A stretch of 63,988 nt of DNA, counting the filler, from Dimargaris cristalligena (lineage: Eukaryota): NCBI GenBank assembly GCA_003614675.1. It is 3 parts of 3 records of this genome, joined end to end, with 100 filler letters (N's around TTAATTAATTAA, not from the genome) between each part and the next. Parts side by side here need not be neighbours in the genome. Positions count along the whole stretch, not along the records: positions 1 to 21,664 come from ML002656.1; 2 more parts are not named here. One strand, written 5' to 3'. This document shows positions 1-13,288 of the stretch, one piece after another (the first letter of the stretch is position 1; each line of letters begins with the position of its first letter). Below the pieces are notes generated by a model, which saw only the letters and a program-made list of their open reading frames with translations, did not search any database and had not been told where the DNA came from. The position numbers and the translations under genes were made by a program.

Positions 1-882
1 GTCCACGCGCGGTGGGGGCCTCGGGACACCTCTCGCCGATAAAGGGCTTAGCAAGCCAATCCGGCGGGGCAGAGTGTTCGAGGGCCAATCGAAGATACAT
101 GCGTGGATCCGGGGTTACCGATGGCCCGCGGTCCACGGAAAATTGTTTGGCATCTAAAAGCTCCTTCCAAGTCCGAACCGAGTTATCCACTCGGACTGGA
201 CTTTCGGTATAATAAGCCATGGGAATATCGTAAAGCAATCCGAGGGTAACCACGTCCGCCCGATTGATGAGGAATGCTAGTAATTTGTCGATTGTTTCGG
301 TTAATGCCGACCAATTACAGCCCACGAAGTGACCCGAGCAACTATCGGCAGCTGGGCTACCGGGCGAGCCGGCGTGTGTGACAATATGGCATATTAAATC
401 GAGAGCGGAGGCTAGCGCAGTACGTGCAGTCGGGAGACCATCGGCGGCGGCGGCGGCGGCAACCAATGCCAGCAGGGGGCCAGTCGGCTCCAAGAGAGGG
501 ATAAGTATAGCCTCATTACCCTTGTAGTTACCAGCTTGGACAAGCTAATGCGCAATTAGCGTAAGGGGGATATAAAAGACGAGAAGGTAGAATACAGACA
601 CAGGCCACCAGTTAGCTATCGGGTGTAAATGCATAAAAAGCCCTTGTTCCCCCCTATCACCGAGCTATGAGTAATTCACCAATCTACGTGGTTTGTTCAA
701 TTCACCTGGTGCAGACGGTCAATGGTCGACTGGTACGATGCCCATTGGTCCCGGGAACTAGTGGCAGTGTGCACAGGAGGCGACGGAGGGCGATTGAGGG
801 ATCCGAGGAGCTCGTCAAGCTGCGCTTCAAGGCGCCTTTGGTTGCCAGACATGGGGTCTGAGTAGCGACCGGAGTCTCGCAT
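1..882 (-). CDS. Hypothetical protein, 5' part; exons 882-706 and 544-<1, runs off the window edge
   Basis: ATG at 882 (MRDSGRYSDPMSGNQRRLEAQLDELL...RLHQ). Donor CAG|GTGAAT at 705; branch-like GCTAAT and TTAG acceptor at 545. Phase-0 join into a stop-free frame of about 180 codons (LVQAGNYKGNEAILIPLLEPTG...LTETIDKLLAFLINRAD...) to position 1. Family not recognised. Confidence 0.65.
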
Positions 883-2407
883 TGAGTTCCCGTAGGCTTC
901 TATTACAAAATAATGGAACGGAAATGGAAAAAGGTGATCTAAAAACGAATAAGGCAAACGGAAATGAATGGGCCGTGCTAGTTGCTCAGCCTGTGCCTGA
1001 ACATAGAAGTCAACCAAGCCAAGGGCTCATAATAGAGCCAATTAAGGACGCCCCAGATACATGGTGGGTGCTAAGCCAGAGGCGGATTTTCCCTAAAACC
1101 GGTTAGGGATTGTGCTGGCTATTGATCCGTAGGCTGCACGGCTACGATGGCCGGATTCTATAATACTACGGTTTTAATTGAGCTATTACCAACGGCCCGA
1201 GGGCAGCTTTCTGTCTCAAGTCCATTTCTTCGAAAAAGTATACTCAATAACGTCAAAAGTTTTACCGATTTAACCAGGGCGGTAACTATAGTTTTGTACC
1301 GCACTGCCTTACATTATGTCCAACTGAGCGATGGGTCAGCCAATAAACCAATACAGCCGCCTGGGCCGGTGTCCGGAGGTGGTTTGAATGGCCTCGATAT
1401 TGGAGGATATGACCAATTGGTCGTGGAGGCATTAGGATGCAGAAACGCAGGTTGCCCCAGGTGCTCCCATTGGGCCACTGATGGGCCCCACAGTTCTGGG
1501 GCTACCTAAAGGAATGGTCGGATAGGGAACCTCTTAAAAATAGCGTAATCAGAAAGCCGAGTACTAATTGGGACAAGGCCACCGGTATAGGAATTACTGG
1601 GGGCTCGGTGGACATTCCGCTTGGAACCGGTAAATCAGCCTGGGAATATCTATTGAGCTCTACAGTCCGACTTCACCATGTCTGTAAAGTCGGATATTTA
1701 ATCCACGCTAACAAGAAGCGGTCGATTCAATGGCACCCCTTTGGGGTGATTATTTACTATATACTTGCACTACCCACCACGCATCATTACATGGGTATCA
1801 TCCATTTGATCTGCCATGGCCAGGAATAAAAAATGAATTCCATCCAAATGCAGCACTTTACTCAAATCCCGGATTTGCGACAGTCGTTAGTTGGCCAACT
1901 GGCTGACCTGGAAACCTCATTATCACTACCACTGGCCGTGGCCATGTTCGGTAAACTCGTCTTTAAGCAATGTGCATTACCATTGTTGCGAAATTTATGG
2001 CTTTGGAGTCTGGCATAACCAGCCGGTCTACACTAACCACATGAGTCTGCCCCAGTTACATTGGCATAAACCTTTCGTGACAGTTGAAACACCACCATTT
2101 ATCAACAATTTACCACATATTGCACTTATTCATTTGGTTCAATTTTGCCTAAACGATATATGCCACTACCATCTTGAATGCAGTCTCCACGTCTAATAAG
2201 CCATGAAATCCTGCGGAAAAACTGCAATGCCTCTGGCCCTACTTCTATACCAGCTGGCCCGCCACAGTTGGCCAGGATTCACCACCAAACCGGGCCCACC
2301 CAGCGACTACACGTGTAGGAAAGCACCCCAAGCCTAGTCTCATAAAATAGCAGAGGTGCTGTAGTATTTATTCATTGGGATGCCACCAGGGCCAAATACT
2401 CCGCCAT

Positions 2408-5400
2408 TCACGCGGCTTGGAATGGATTGGTCGAAGGGGTCTCCAGGATGGACATAGAGGACTGCGCAAAACGTGACATGAGGCGCGGAAGCTGGTCGGA
2501 CTTCATAAACTCGCGGTACAGTTGGTACTGCTCGTCGGCAACCAAGTGACTGAGGGTGAGACTCTTGTTAAGATTATCGGGGCACACCAATCGACTTTCG
2601 AACAGGACGGTATGAAGGCGGAACACGATTTCAGGAATGAAACGTTGGCGAAGGTCAGCCAGCTGCAAATTGCGCAGTTCAGTGTCGGGCGCTACGCCAC
2701 TGGAGTAGACGGAGGTAGATAGCCAATCGGACTCGAGCAACCGGCGGAGGGCCTCCTCGGCCTGCTGGGTAAGCTGAAGGAACGACGACGTCCAATCGGC
2801 CAATCGCGTAGCCTGTGATTTCTTAACGGTGGAGGGCCGGGTCTGGATCGTGCGGTGGTCCGTCAAGTCCGCTGGGGTGGGCTTGTGGTCGAGGGCCTCG
2901 GCCCATTCATTGTAAACTTTGAAACATTTGATGAGATTGCGGTAGTGAAAGTATTCTTGAACTCCATCCAGTAGCTCGCGCTTCCGGGCCCGGAGAGCCC
3001 CAGCGACTGGACTCTGAGGGAGGCCCGTATCGTGATCCATGGCGGAGGAATAGAAGGCGGAAGTGGGCAGGTCATTGGGCCCCTTGCCCGTATGGGGCGG
3101 TTCATCCCAGCCCAGTTGCCAATCGAAATCGGCGGGGTTCGCTTCCCCGGGGCTGGCGGGGGCCGATTCGGGGGAATCGGCCGTTACACCAAGGCCCATG
3201 TCGGCGCCCTTCTGGAGAAGACTGACCGCGTTGAACCAGCCCGGTCGAATCAAGTCCTCCGGGACCATTTCCCAGAGAGCACGGCAGCTACTAAGCCGGC
3301 CTCGGGTGAGAAACTGGCGGGCCAGAGCATTTCCGCGGAGAAGCAGGCCGAGGTAGAGCTCGGCGTCAAAAGAGAGCCATTCAAGGGCGCGAATCTGGTC
3401 AAGGTCGGTATCCGGGACGGGGTCGTAAATGGCGCCGGAAGGGGTTTGGGTTGATTCGACCGAAAGGGGGGCTTGGGCCAGCCCCCGCTCCAGGATCACA
3501 TCCGTCGCTAAGCGAGCGCACTGACGTACATTCAAACCGGCCGTCTGGGCCCGATGAAGGGCATGGCGACGGTAGGGCTCGTAGGGACCCCTGATACCTA
3601 CGAGGTACTGGGCGTACACGGGGGCCTGCCAGGTTCGGGGGAGCTTAACGGTGTACATGGCGATCCACTCAGCCAGGGTGGAGGGGGCGGAATCCGGGCC
3701 ACCACCCAGGGGCTGGTCGCGCGAGACGCCCCGAGCCCTTGCGAAATCCGGGAATCGGGAAGACTTGTTGAGAGATTCGCGAGCGGGTAGTGACTTGGGT
3801 TCGTTCTCCGCTTGGTGGACCTGGTGGACGAGCAGCCGGATGTACCGGTACACCACGGAATCAGCGGCCAGTTCCGGGATATCAATCCCGTGGGCGCGTA
3901 GGTAAATGACCACATGGGCGACTAGACGCAGAAGGTCGGGCGATACGGTACCCGGGGAGGTCGCGGCCGGCTCGGCTGGGAGGGGACTGCCGAGGGGTTC
4001 GAGTCCAATGCGACCGTAGGCCAAGAGGGCTGGTTCAAGCTGGATAGCGTAGTTGGAGTCCAGTTGCGAGGCAATCTGTTCGGTAAGTTCGGTGGTTTGA
4101 TTCAAGATTAGCTGGGTCTGTAGCCAGTGGTAGGGGTCCTGCTCCGTAAGGCCACTGGCGCCGGGCGGACGGGCCTGGGTCACGGCATCGAACACCATGG
4201 CCGGAGTCGTGGGGACGGCCGACGCATTGGCCGGGAAGGGAGGCACCGGAAGAGGCTGATTGTCGAGTAAGGCATCCAACCGCCAGGACGGCTCGGTGGC
4301 GGAATGCGGGGCGCCCTCCGCCAGGGAAAGCTGGTGAGAGTGGGTATTCAAATATTCCTCGACCTGGTGCTCAAGCATGGCCGTATAGTAGGCCCACAGC
4401 TGGTCCTCCCAAGTGGGGCAGGCGGGCAAAACCGCAGCCAACACTCCAGCCAGAGCAGCGTAGATGGCGCGTTCCATGGCCGGCAGCTCCGTATCCCGGG
4501 CTAACTGGGCACAGGACGCCTTCCACAGGGTGCGGTGGAGGGTACCGCCAACGTCAGCCTGGGCGCCGGTGGGGCCATCCTCCAAGGGCGTGCCTTCCAG
4601 TTGCGAATCATGGTACATGAGTCCGCCACGGATGCTAGCCGCTCGCCAGGGCATACCGCTTTCGTAGCATAGATCAATGGCCTCCTCGAGACGGCCCCGA
4701 CGGATATACTGGAATAAGGTGTCGAGGAGGTCCGCCTCGTAGGTTTCGTCCTCGTGGTGGAGGGGCAGACCCTCGCGGATGGGGGCATCGGGATCTAGAC
4801 ACGACACCATCGGGACGGGCGACGGGCCGCTATTACCGGTGGAGGGGTCGGAGAATGGCCGGAGGGGGGCAGCGGTATTCCGGGCAGCTAAGGCTAGGGG
4901 ATTGGGGCGGTTGAGGCCAAAGGGGGAACTGGGTTCGGGGCGAACGGAACTGCCTCCGGAGAGAGCGACAGTCTCGGGGCGGCTCTGACTTCGCAGGGCA
5001 TTCTTGGTGTATACCCAATAGCCCTTGCGGGCGGGAGTAGGGCTGAAGGGCGGGGCGATGGCCTCCAACCAACTACGGACGACACTTTGCTCGGACAGGG
5101 AGCGATTCTCCGCGAACAGACGTTGAACAAGGGCATGGTCGGTGTCCAGGGGGTGGGCTTGTGATGGCGGCTGTGAGGCGTACTCGCCGGGGGCAGCGGC
5201 AAGTCGTTCAAAGTACAAGCGATGAATGAGATCCCAGGTGTTTTTCTCCGCCCGCCATAGGGTGAGGGGGCCGATGGCCGTCGTCCTACGGGCCAAGGGA
5301 AAGGCATTCTGCTCCTGGTCCTCGTGGATACGATCCCATTGCTCTTGGCATATATCGCGGAAGATTAGGGCCAGGCCGGCTTCTTCCTCCAGGGCCAGGA

Positions 5401-5458
5401 GATCCTGGGATCGCTCACAGGCCTGGGCGAATTTATCAACGACCAGCGGGATACTCAT
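2408..5458 (-). CDS. NUP84: Nuclear pore Y-complex protein Nup107/Nup84
   Basis: 1016-aa single ORF with family motifs EKNTWDLI, WLE, LDPDAP, LFQYIRRGRLEEA..LC...G.PWRAASI.GG, LWKASC, ERAIYAALAG, WEDQLWAY and C-terminal LRQRFIPEIVFRLH. Confidence 0.92.
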   Translation of the reverse strand: MSIPLVVDKFAQACERSQDLLALEEEAGLALIFRDICQEQWDRIHEDQEQNAFPLARRTTAIGPLTLWRAEKNTWDLIHRLYFERLAAAPGEYASQPPSQAHPLDTDHALVQRLFAENRSLSEQSVVRSWLEAIAPPFSPTPARKGYWVYTKNALRSQSRPETVALSGGSSVRPEPSSPFGLNRPNPLALAARNTAAPLRPFSDPSTGNSGPSPVPMVSCLDPDAPIREGLPLHHEDETYEADLLDTLFQYIRRGRLEEAIDLCYESGMPWRAASIRGGLMYHDSQLEGTPLEDGPTGAQADVGGTLHRTLWKASCAQLARDTELPAMERAIYAALAGVLAAVLPACPTWEDQLWAYYTAMLEHQVEEYLNTHSHQLSLAEGAPHSATEPSWRLDALLDNQPLPVPPFPANASAVPTTPAMVFDAVTQARPPGASGLTEQDPYHWLQTQLILNQTTELTEQIASQLDSNYAIQLEPALLAYGRIGLEPLGSPLPAEPAATSPGTVSPDLLRLVAHVVIYLRAHGIDIPELAADSVVYRYIRLLVHQVHQAENEPKSLPARESLNKSSRFPDFARARGVSRDQPLGGGPDSAPSTLAEWIAMYTVKLPRTWQAPVYAQYLVGIRGPYEPYRRHALHRAQTAGLNVRQCARLATDVILERGLAQAPLSVESTQTPSGAIYDPVPDTDLDQIRALEWLSFDAELYLGLLLRGNALARQFLTRGRLSSCRALWEMVPEDLIRPGWFNAVSLLQKGADMGLGVTADSPESAPASPGEANPADFDWQLGWDEPPHTGKGPNDLPTSAFYSSAMDHDTGLPQSPVAGALRARKRELLDGVQEYFHYRNLIKCFKVYNEWAEALDHKPTPADLTDHRTIQTRPSTVKKSQATRLADWTSSFLQLTQQAEEALRRLLESDWLSTSVYSSGVAPDTELRNLQLADLRQRFIPEIVFRLHTVLFESRLVCPDNLNKSLTLSHLVADEQYQLYREFMKSDQLPRLMSRFAQSSMSILETPSTNPFQAA

Positions 5459-6346
5459 GCTGCGCGCGGTAAACAGGAGCCGGTATCAATGGCAAGAAAT
5501 AAAATAAAAGAGGGGAAAAGGGGTAATTAAGTCTGCCTGGGCTGGTAAAGTGAAGGCAAAGTAAAGTAAAGTAAAGTAAGGAGTCCTGGTCCGGGAGTGA
5601 GCGGAACTGGTAGGTAACTTTCTTCCGCTGTATGGCCTCAATGAGCCAATTGGATGGAAGTCTCCCCTCTCCCATCAGCGTAACCTTAAGGATCCCCCTG
5701 CCCCGTTTTGCTAATGGGTTACTCGCAAATAAACGACGGGTATACTACCCCCGGCTTAAAATATCTCCGTTCCACCAACGGCTGGCCAGGCGCATGATAG
5801 CCATCTATACTACACATACCATTTTAGGGGACAGTGGTATAATAGCTGAGTCCACTCGTATACGATACCAATCCAAGCTCCAAACTGTGCTGGCATTATT
5901 CCCTAGGGCTAGGGCTCGAAGGGGAATTATTATTATTATTCGGATACCAACCCTCTACTCTTTAACGGTTAAACCACGTCGCACTTGTATATCATCTAAT
6001 CTTTAGGGTTTGGCTAACTCTCTAACCCTGCCCTGAGCGGTCGAGTTGGCATCAACAAAAGTGGGAAATTTCTCTATGTCCCGCCCCGGTCTTTCCCAGT
6101 GGGAATTGTTTTGCGACAAGTGGGTCGGTCCCTTTAGGGTGGCAAGGGAGAAGTGCCCAAAAGCCACCATGTAGGAGGTAATAGGTGGGAGGGAGAAGAT
6201 TCCTCAAGCCGCCTTTTGACCAATTCAACGTTATAATAGCTAGAGGGTTGTTAGTTAACTGCGCATATCACGACCACCTACTTGACTTCGCTCCCCTATG
6301 CTTTTCAATCCCATTCCGACGGCCCCTTTTTATTTTAATATACACC

Positions 6347-7927
6347 ATGTCTATTGTCACCTTGTGGGTGGCTAGTGCCGATACGCAGTCGGAGCGCCGC
6401 TTTGACAAGGCGCTATCGCTCGAGACTTTGAAAGTAAGGCAGTGCACCCCCCATCTGTCTAGCCCTTCCTATATAACACTCCTGGTGTATGCTCCCCCCC
6501 GCCTAGTCGACTAACCCCGGTCTTCTTATCCCTTGACCCTGCCCTCCCCACCATTTGACTCGGATAGACTAAGCTCGAGCCCATTACCGGCATACCCGCC
6601 GCGGCCCAGTCTCTTGAACTGTACCAGGGTGAGATTTGCCTGGCCCAACTGAATGGGCCTCCGGACACGATGCTGGGGGCCTACCCCGTGGCCGATTTTT
6701 GTATCTTGAAGGTAAGCCGTGAAGCGTATGTTGGGTTGGTCTTACACTCGGGTTGTCCGGAGATTCGGCTGAAGTTGGCTATTTAGTAGATATTACGGGG
6801 AGGGGATTACCTCCCCCCCCCAATTTACGAACCCGAGCACGGTGTTAAAGGTAACTCTTGATCCAAACCAAACCATATATATACCCCGCTCAATAGGTCA
6901 CCAGCACGGACCGCTCGGTTCGGACCAACCAGTATACCGACGTGTCTCTAGTGGAGAAGTACGAAATGGAAGATGGGGCCTACGATGGCCTGCGCGGTAA
7001 GTGGCCCCCGCTGTTTACCTTGGACAAGGTTAACAAGGTCCCTGATGACATGAAGCACTGCTCTACTCTACTCTGCTCTGGCCTCTTTATATATGTCTAC
7101 ATGTATACCCCGCACCTTATACCCGATATCTGATGGTACAGGCCATTCAAAACCTAGTCCTAAAACCAAATTTACATGCAGGGTAATTTACCATACGCCG
7201 GGGATGCCAATCTATAGATACGGTCCGTGCCTTTAAAAAGGCCCATAAGCTAGGGCGCTTCTCAGCGGAAACCCAGGCCCAAGCCAAAGCGGCCGAGTCC
7301 GAATTTAAGCAAGAAGCCGGGCTGATATCAACTGGGGCACGGTGTCAGGTTCGATTGACTGATGATGGCTTGGCCAAAAACGGCACCGTTCGTTACGTTG
7401 GTAAGTGGAAACTACTGGACTGGTTGTCTGATGGTTGTCTTAAGGGTCGGCATAGCCATGGTCCCCATGTGACACGGCTATCGATCTAGTGGATGGAAAT
7501 TAACTAAACAGTATGGGATAGTATAATGTGATTATAATATATCTTGGTTGACCCACCGAATCAGGACCGACCCACTTCAGCTCGGGTTATTGGGTGGGGG
7601 TTGAATACGACGAGCCCCTCGGCAAGAACGACGGCAGGTAGGTGGATGAACCAAGGTCCTGTCTATTCCTGTATTACTTTATTACTTTACGATGGCCCCA
7701 TTGTCTAATTTGCGAACCCCGGCTCAGTTACTTAAAGGGTACGGTGACTTATTCCCGGGGACATGCGCCTCTGTTTATATTTATATATATGATTGTGATG
7801 TACCAGTATCGACGGAGAGCGGTACTTTAGCTGCCTCAACAAGCACGGGGCTTTTGTACGGCCGAATAGGGTTATATTAGGCGATTTCGATGACGACATT
7901 GATTGGGATAATCTGGATGAGATGTAG
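6347..7927 (+). CDS. TBCB: Tubulin-folding cofactor B (Ubl + CAP-Gly); 6 exons 6347-6433, 6568-6711, 6897-6996, 7218-7400, 7565-7637, 7807-7927
   Basis: Spliced by hand across GT..AG introns with consistent phases: MSIVTLWV..SERRFDK / TKLEPITGIP / VEKYEMEDGAYD / DTVRAFKKAHKLGRF / YWVGVEYDEPLGKNDGS / RYFSCLNKHGAFVRP..DEM*. GKNDG is the CAP-Gly signature. Confidence 0.92.
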
Positions 7928-8904
7928 AGAAGCATCTAGGGCGATGGAGTTCAGTATCGAGTCTCACCAGCCAAGCCCGCTAAACGCCGGGTTTCCTGCC
8001 TAGGTGCCCTCCCGTCTAAATGAGTGGCCAATAGTTATTATACCCCTGATTCTGGCCTGAAATGGTTAGGGTTCCCTTGACTTCTCACCGTTCGCCTGAC
8101 GCGGCTATACGTGGAAAGGGTGGCGGTTAATTTGATTATACCTACCCTGATTTAGGCGAGACCAGGTGGTGTTACAAGTTAAATAATAAACTATTCTCCT
8201 CATTCTTGGTGACAGCAACCAGTGAGAATAACACGGTGTCACTACCACTCTACTCTGCTCTATCCGACTGCATTGCATTGGATTGGATTAGAATAATAAT
8301 GATAATGGCTAGTGGTAATAAATAGGCAGGCGATGGTGGGCTGATAAGGAACCACGTCGCAGTGGACCAATCAGAGCCCGCCTCCTAGGAAAATAGCCGG
8401 ACTTCCTTGGTCTTTGGTTACTCATAAAGCGCATGCAGTTTATTGCTGGTGCAAATAAGAATGGAGAAACCGTTTGTTCCAGGCGAATCCCCTTCCCTCA
8501 CTAACCTCCGGTGGGGTTGCTCTGCCCCCTGGCCATTGGATATGGGCGCGCCTATATTCTGCGCATTCATCTTATATGCATGCGCATACACCCACCGCGA
8601 ATGGGGCGTATGCCACCACCACACCACCCTAACCGTAGTTGCTGCTATATAATATAACCAACCAGCCGCCCATGTCTTATTATATATAAATAATTGTGGA
8701 TCAAGCCTAGCCTACCTTACAAACTAATTTCGCTGTAGTAGCATCGTCGTCATTCATTATTCGTGGTGTATATAGAGAGCCCCTCCTCCTTTTCCCCTCT
8801 CCTCTGCTCTCTTTGTCCGCCAGTCTAGCTTAGCTTCTTCCAACTATCTCTTCCCCCCCACACACCGCTTAGCCCTCTCCCCTCTTATATCCTACACCGT
8901 CGCT

Positions 8905-10857
8905 ATGGGTATCCCCTCTCCTACCGGCTTGACCATGTCCACCCGTCGGGCTTCGCCTCCCTATACCGAACGGGCTCTGAAGCCCTTTGGCGTGGAGGAC
9001 GTACGCATCCTGCTCCTGGAGAACATCAACCAGACCGCCGTCGACATTCTCCGCAACGCCGGCTACCAGGTTGAGCACCACACCAAGGCCCTGTCCGAGG
9101 ACCTGCTCATCGAGAAGATCCAGCACGCCCATGTCATTGGCATTCGGAGCAAGACCCGGCTTACTGCCAATATCCTCAAACACGCCCACAGCCTCCTGGC
9201 TATCGGTTGTTTCTGTATCGGTACTAACCAGGTCGACCTGGAGTATGCTGCCGAACGTGGCATCTCCGTCTTCAACTCGCCCTTCAGCAACAGTCGCAGT
9301 GTTGGTAAGTATAAGCCCGCTCTGGATTCATGTGTAGCTTGGTGGAAGGCCAACCTTCGCCACAGGCTTCCCCTATTTTCGTCCCACTTGGTCCCAGACC
9401 CTTATAGATAATAATATATGTATATGGGTGGGTAAGGGGTGGTTATGCCATCCTTATCTTATCAGTGAGATTATACCACCACCATATTATATCCACCACG
9501 CACCCTGCCCTCTAATTAAGGGATGAGAGGGGTTGTGTGTAACATACGCAATATTGGTGGGCGGGGTGGCTCATCATTTTATTCACCCCCCCCCATTTTT
9601 CCTATTGAACGATAAGGGAGGGTTTGATTGGACCAGATAGATGATTGGTGGCACGTGGGAGAATGCCTGGCGCTATTTACCGGCCCATATAGCATTTGTT
9701 GTATGGGGGGGATATGGCCCTTGCAGACCTCTCTACTTACTACTGCTACTACCACCACCACCCCATTTCTAGGAGGCCCCCTCCCTCTAGTTTATTTTTC
9801 CCACTCCTTTGCTATCCCGGGCCAATTAATAGCCACTTGATCATTACCCATGCGTTTTTAAATGAACCCCCAATTAACTATATTATTTATATTTATTCAC
9901 CTATCCTCCTAACCCTAACTAATACCATGCTGCCCATCGCTCTCTCTAGCCGAAATGACCATTGGTAATATCATTACCCTGGCCCGTCAGATTGGCGACC
10001 GCAACAAAGAGATGCACACCGGGGGCTGGTTCAAGGTTTCGGCCAACTGTTACGAGATTCGCGGCAAGACCCTGGGCATCGTCGGTTACGGGCATATTGG
10101 CTCCCAACTTAGCGTCATGGCTGAATCGTTAGGTATGGTCGTGCGCTTTTTTGACGTCTTGCAGTTGATGCCTCTGGGAACCAGCAAGCCCACGGACAGC
10201 CTCGAAGAGCTGCTACGTGTTTCGGATTTCGTTACCCTGCACGTTCCCGAGACGCCGGAAACGAAGAACATGGTTGGCGAGCGTGAAATCGGCCTCATGA
10301 AGCCGGGCAGCTACCTCTTGAACGCCAGCCGAGGCACTGTGGTTGACATCCCGGCCTTGGCCGCCGCCCTGCGCAGCAAACATTTGGCCGGGAGTGCCAT
10401 TGATGTATACCCCTCGGAACCCTTTGGCAATGGCCAGTTCTTCGAGAGCGAGCTCATCGGCTGTCCCAACACCATCCTGACCCCCCACATTGGTGGCTCC
10501 ACCGAAGAGGCCCAGTCCATGATCGGCATTGAGGTAGCCAACGCCATGATCCGCTTTATCAACGTCGGTACTACCCTTAACGCGGTTAACTTCCCCCAGG
10601 TCGATTTACGTGCCATTTCCGCCGCTAAAGCCAGCGTCCTACGTTTAGTTAACGTGCATCGCAATGTGCCCGGTGTGCTGCGCCAAATCAACAATATTCT
10701 CGGACCTTTCAACGTCGAGAAGCAGGTGTGTGACAACAAGGACACTATCTCCTACTTCATGGCCGATATCACTATCGGTGGGGTAGAGGACATCCAAACC
10801 CTGTATGACCGCATCTCTTCCATCAACGAGAATATCCTGACTCGGGTGTTGTACTAA
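8905..10857 (+). CDS. SER3: D-3-phosphoglycerate dehydrogenase (Ser3/Ser33 type, C-terminal ACT domain); exons 8905-9304, 9950-10857
   Basis: Motifs LKPF..RILLLENI, GIRSKT, GCFCIGTNQVDL, NSPFSNSRSV|AEM, GIVGYGHIG, NASRG, TPHIGGSTEEAQ, HRNVPGVL. The 645-nt GTAAGT..CTAG intron joins in phase. Confidence 0.95.
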
Positions 10858-11721
10858 CGGCTTCCTTACCAGCATGCCCTGCCTGCTTTACGGGGTGGGG
10901 GCTTTTTAAATTACCATATTTTCCCATTCACGCACTGGGGTATGTGGGACGTTGTGTTAGGTGTAGGCAAATCGACCTTATCTGTTTCCACCCATTTTAG
11001 CTGGCAACTTTCATGTACCCACACCACCCATCCTTTATACGGATTTGATCACCTTTCTTTTATTTAGTATGTTCTTAGTAGTTGCTCATGGACAATTTAG
11101 CATAAATTATTTATCCTGTTTTATTTAAGGGGGGGCTTTGTTAATGAGGAAATAAGGAGGGGGCAATAGACGCCATTGTATTTTCATATACCCCCACCAC
11201 CCAAATACGTTTAATATTTGGCCGGCTGAATCACGTGCCTTATAGAGTGGCCACGAAATTTATTATTCATCTGGTGCTGAAATTCGCTGTGTAACTTCTG
11301 CAGCCCACATCTTTTTTTAGAGGTCGTGTGGCCCGCCTCCCACTCTTTAGCTGCCACTGGAAGGTATAGAGTAGAGTATAGGCCATAGGTATAGTAAAGT
11401 GGGAGTAGTAGTGGTGGTCTGCCCAGCCTAGTGATGCCGAAGAAGAGTGGGAGGATTCCGAGTTGACTGATCGATCTTCTTCTCTACCTTGCCTCGGTTT
11501 GCTGACCTTGTCGTCCTTTGTCTTTCCTACCCCTCATTGGATCCCCAGGCTATACTATATACCTTACTTCCTTGTTTTCGGACTCTTGTTGCCATCCGGC
11601 CCCAACTAAAACTACTCCTCCTCCATCTCCACCCGAGTTTGGCTCCATCCGTTCCTTCGGCTTCATCTCCTCTCCTCTCCTCTCCTTCCCTCACTGAAGC
11701 TAACATATTCCCCCCGGCACC

Positions 11722-13288
11722 ATGGCGCAATATGATCTGACCTCCAAGATGATCCCGTATTTGGATCGGCACCTTGTCTTTCCCCTCCTTCAGTTCCTTT
11801 CCCTGAAGGAGCTGTACGTCGAGTCCGACTTGCTACAGGCCAAATACGATCTGCTCTCCAAGACCAACATGGTCGACTTTACCAAGGAGCTTTACAAGCA
11901 GATCCACCAAGTGGAAAACGACCCCGAACGTAAGTAGCCATCCGCTTGGGTGTATCCCCCATAATACATATATATATATATTTCCTACCCAACCTCACTA
12001 CTCCCCTTATTAACCCAAGGATATCCCCTCACCTTTATCCCGGCCACCCACAGAATTTCTGGAGCAGCGTGAAAAGGTTCTGGATACCCTCAACGACCTC
12101 CAGGACCAGGCCATCAAGGTCATGGAGGTGATTGAGAACCCCGAGGTTATCGGGTCCCTGCGCCAGGACAAATTCCATAACCTGCAATTCCTCAAGGACA
12201 ACTACAACTTCACCGACGAGATGATTGTGACCCTCTACCGGTACGGCAAGTTCCAGTACGAGTGCGGCAATTACGGTGGGTCGTCCGACATGTTGTACCA
12301 TTTCCGGGTACTTTCCACCGATAACGACCTGAATCTCTCCGCCCTCTGGGGTAAACTGGCCTCCGAAATCCTTCAGGGTAACTGGGAAGCCGCCTACGAA
12401 GATCTGCAGAAGCTCCGCGAGGCCATTGACATGAAAGCCTTCGCCGACCCCCTCCAGCAGCTCCAGCAGCGCACTTGGTTGATCCACTGGTCGCTGTTCG
12501 TCTTCTTCAATCACCCCAAGGGCCGTGACGGAATTGTGGACATGTTTTTCCTCACCCATTATCTCAACACCATCCAGACCAGTTGTCCCTGGATCCTGCG
12601 CTATTTGGCCGCCGCCGTAGTCACCAACAAACGCCGCAAGAACAATTTGAGGGAGCTCGTCAAGGTCATTGAGAAGGAGGCCTACATGTACCGCGACCCC
12701 ATTACCGACTTCCTGCTGGCCATCTATGTCGACTTTGACTTTGAGGCCGCCCAGCAGAAGCTGCAGGAGTGTGAGCAAGTGCTGGTTAATGACTTCTTTT
12801 TACTCTCGACCCTCGACGACTTTTTGGAAAACGCCCGCTGCTTCGTTGCCGAGGCCTACTGCCGGATCCACCAGCGTATCAACATTGCCGAGCTATCCAG
12901 CCTAGTTAATCTGGGTACCGAAGAGGGTGAGAAATGGATCGCCAACCTCATCCGTGACACTCGCATGGATGCCAAGATCGATTTCCAAGAAAATACCGTC
13001 GTCATGAACCCTAACTTGACTTCGCTCTACCAGCAAGTCATCGAGAAGACCAAGGGCATCTCCTTCCGTTCCCAGGTCCTTTCCACCGCCATCGAGAAGC
13101 GCGAGCAGGCTATTATTGCCGGCAGCAACCCCAATGCCGGGGCCCAATCCTCGTCAACAGGCGAAAAATCCAACCACCACAAGAACCGGAACGACCGCCA
13201 AGGTGGTAATCATTCCGGAGGGGGCTCCTTCAAGCCCAAATTCAAGAATAGCAGCCATTCATTTAATACTCCGCTGCGGGCCCGCTAA
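11722..13288 (+). CDS. EIF3E: Translation initiation factor eIF3 subunit e (Int6); exons 11722-11929, 12054-13288
   Basis: [69 protein letters not shown] and a PCI-domain end (AKID). Intron GTAAGT..CAG in phase. Confidence 0.95.

Noticed and set aside
5820-6140. Several TAGGG/ACCCT telomere-like words in the Nup84/TBCB divergent promoter (also near 19180)
   Set aside because: Isolated 5-6-mers, not tandem arrays; enrichment cannot be shown by eye.
9455-9510. TGAGATTATAC in the SER3 intron, resembling part of a fungal TPP riboswitch
   Set aside because: The downstream conserved core (CTTGATC.GG.TAATACC.GCG) is absent and the gene is not thiamine-related.
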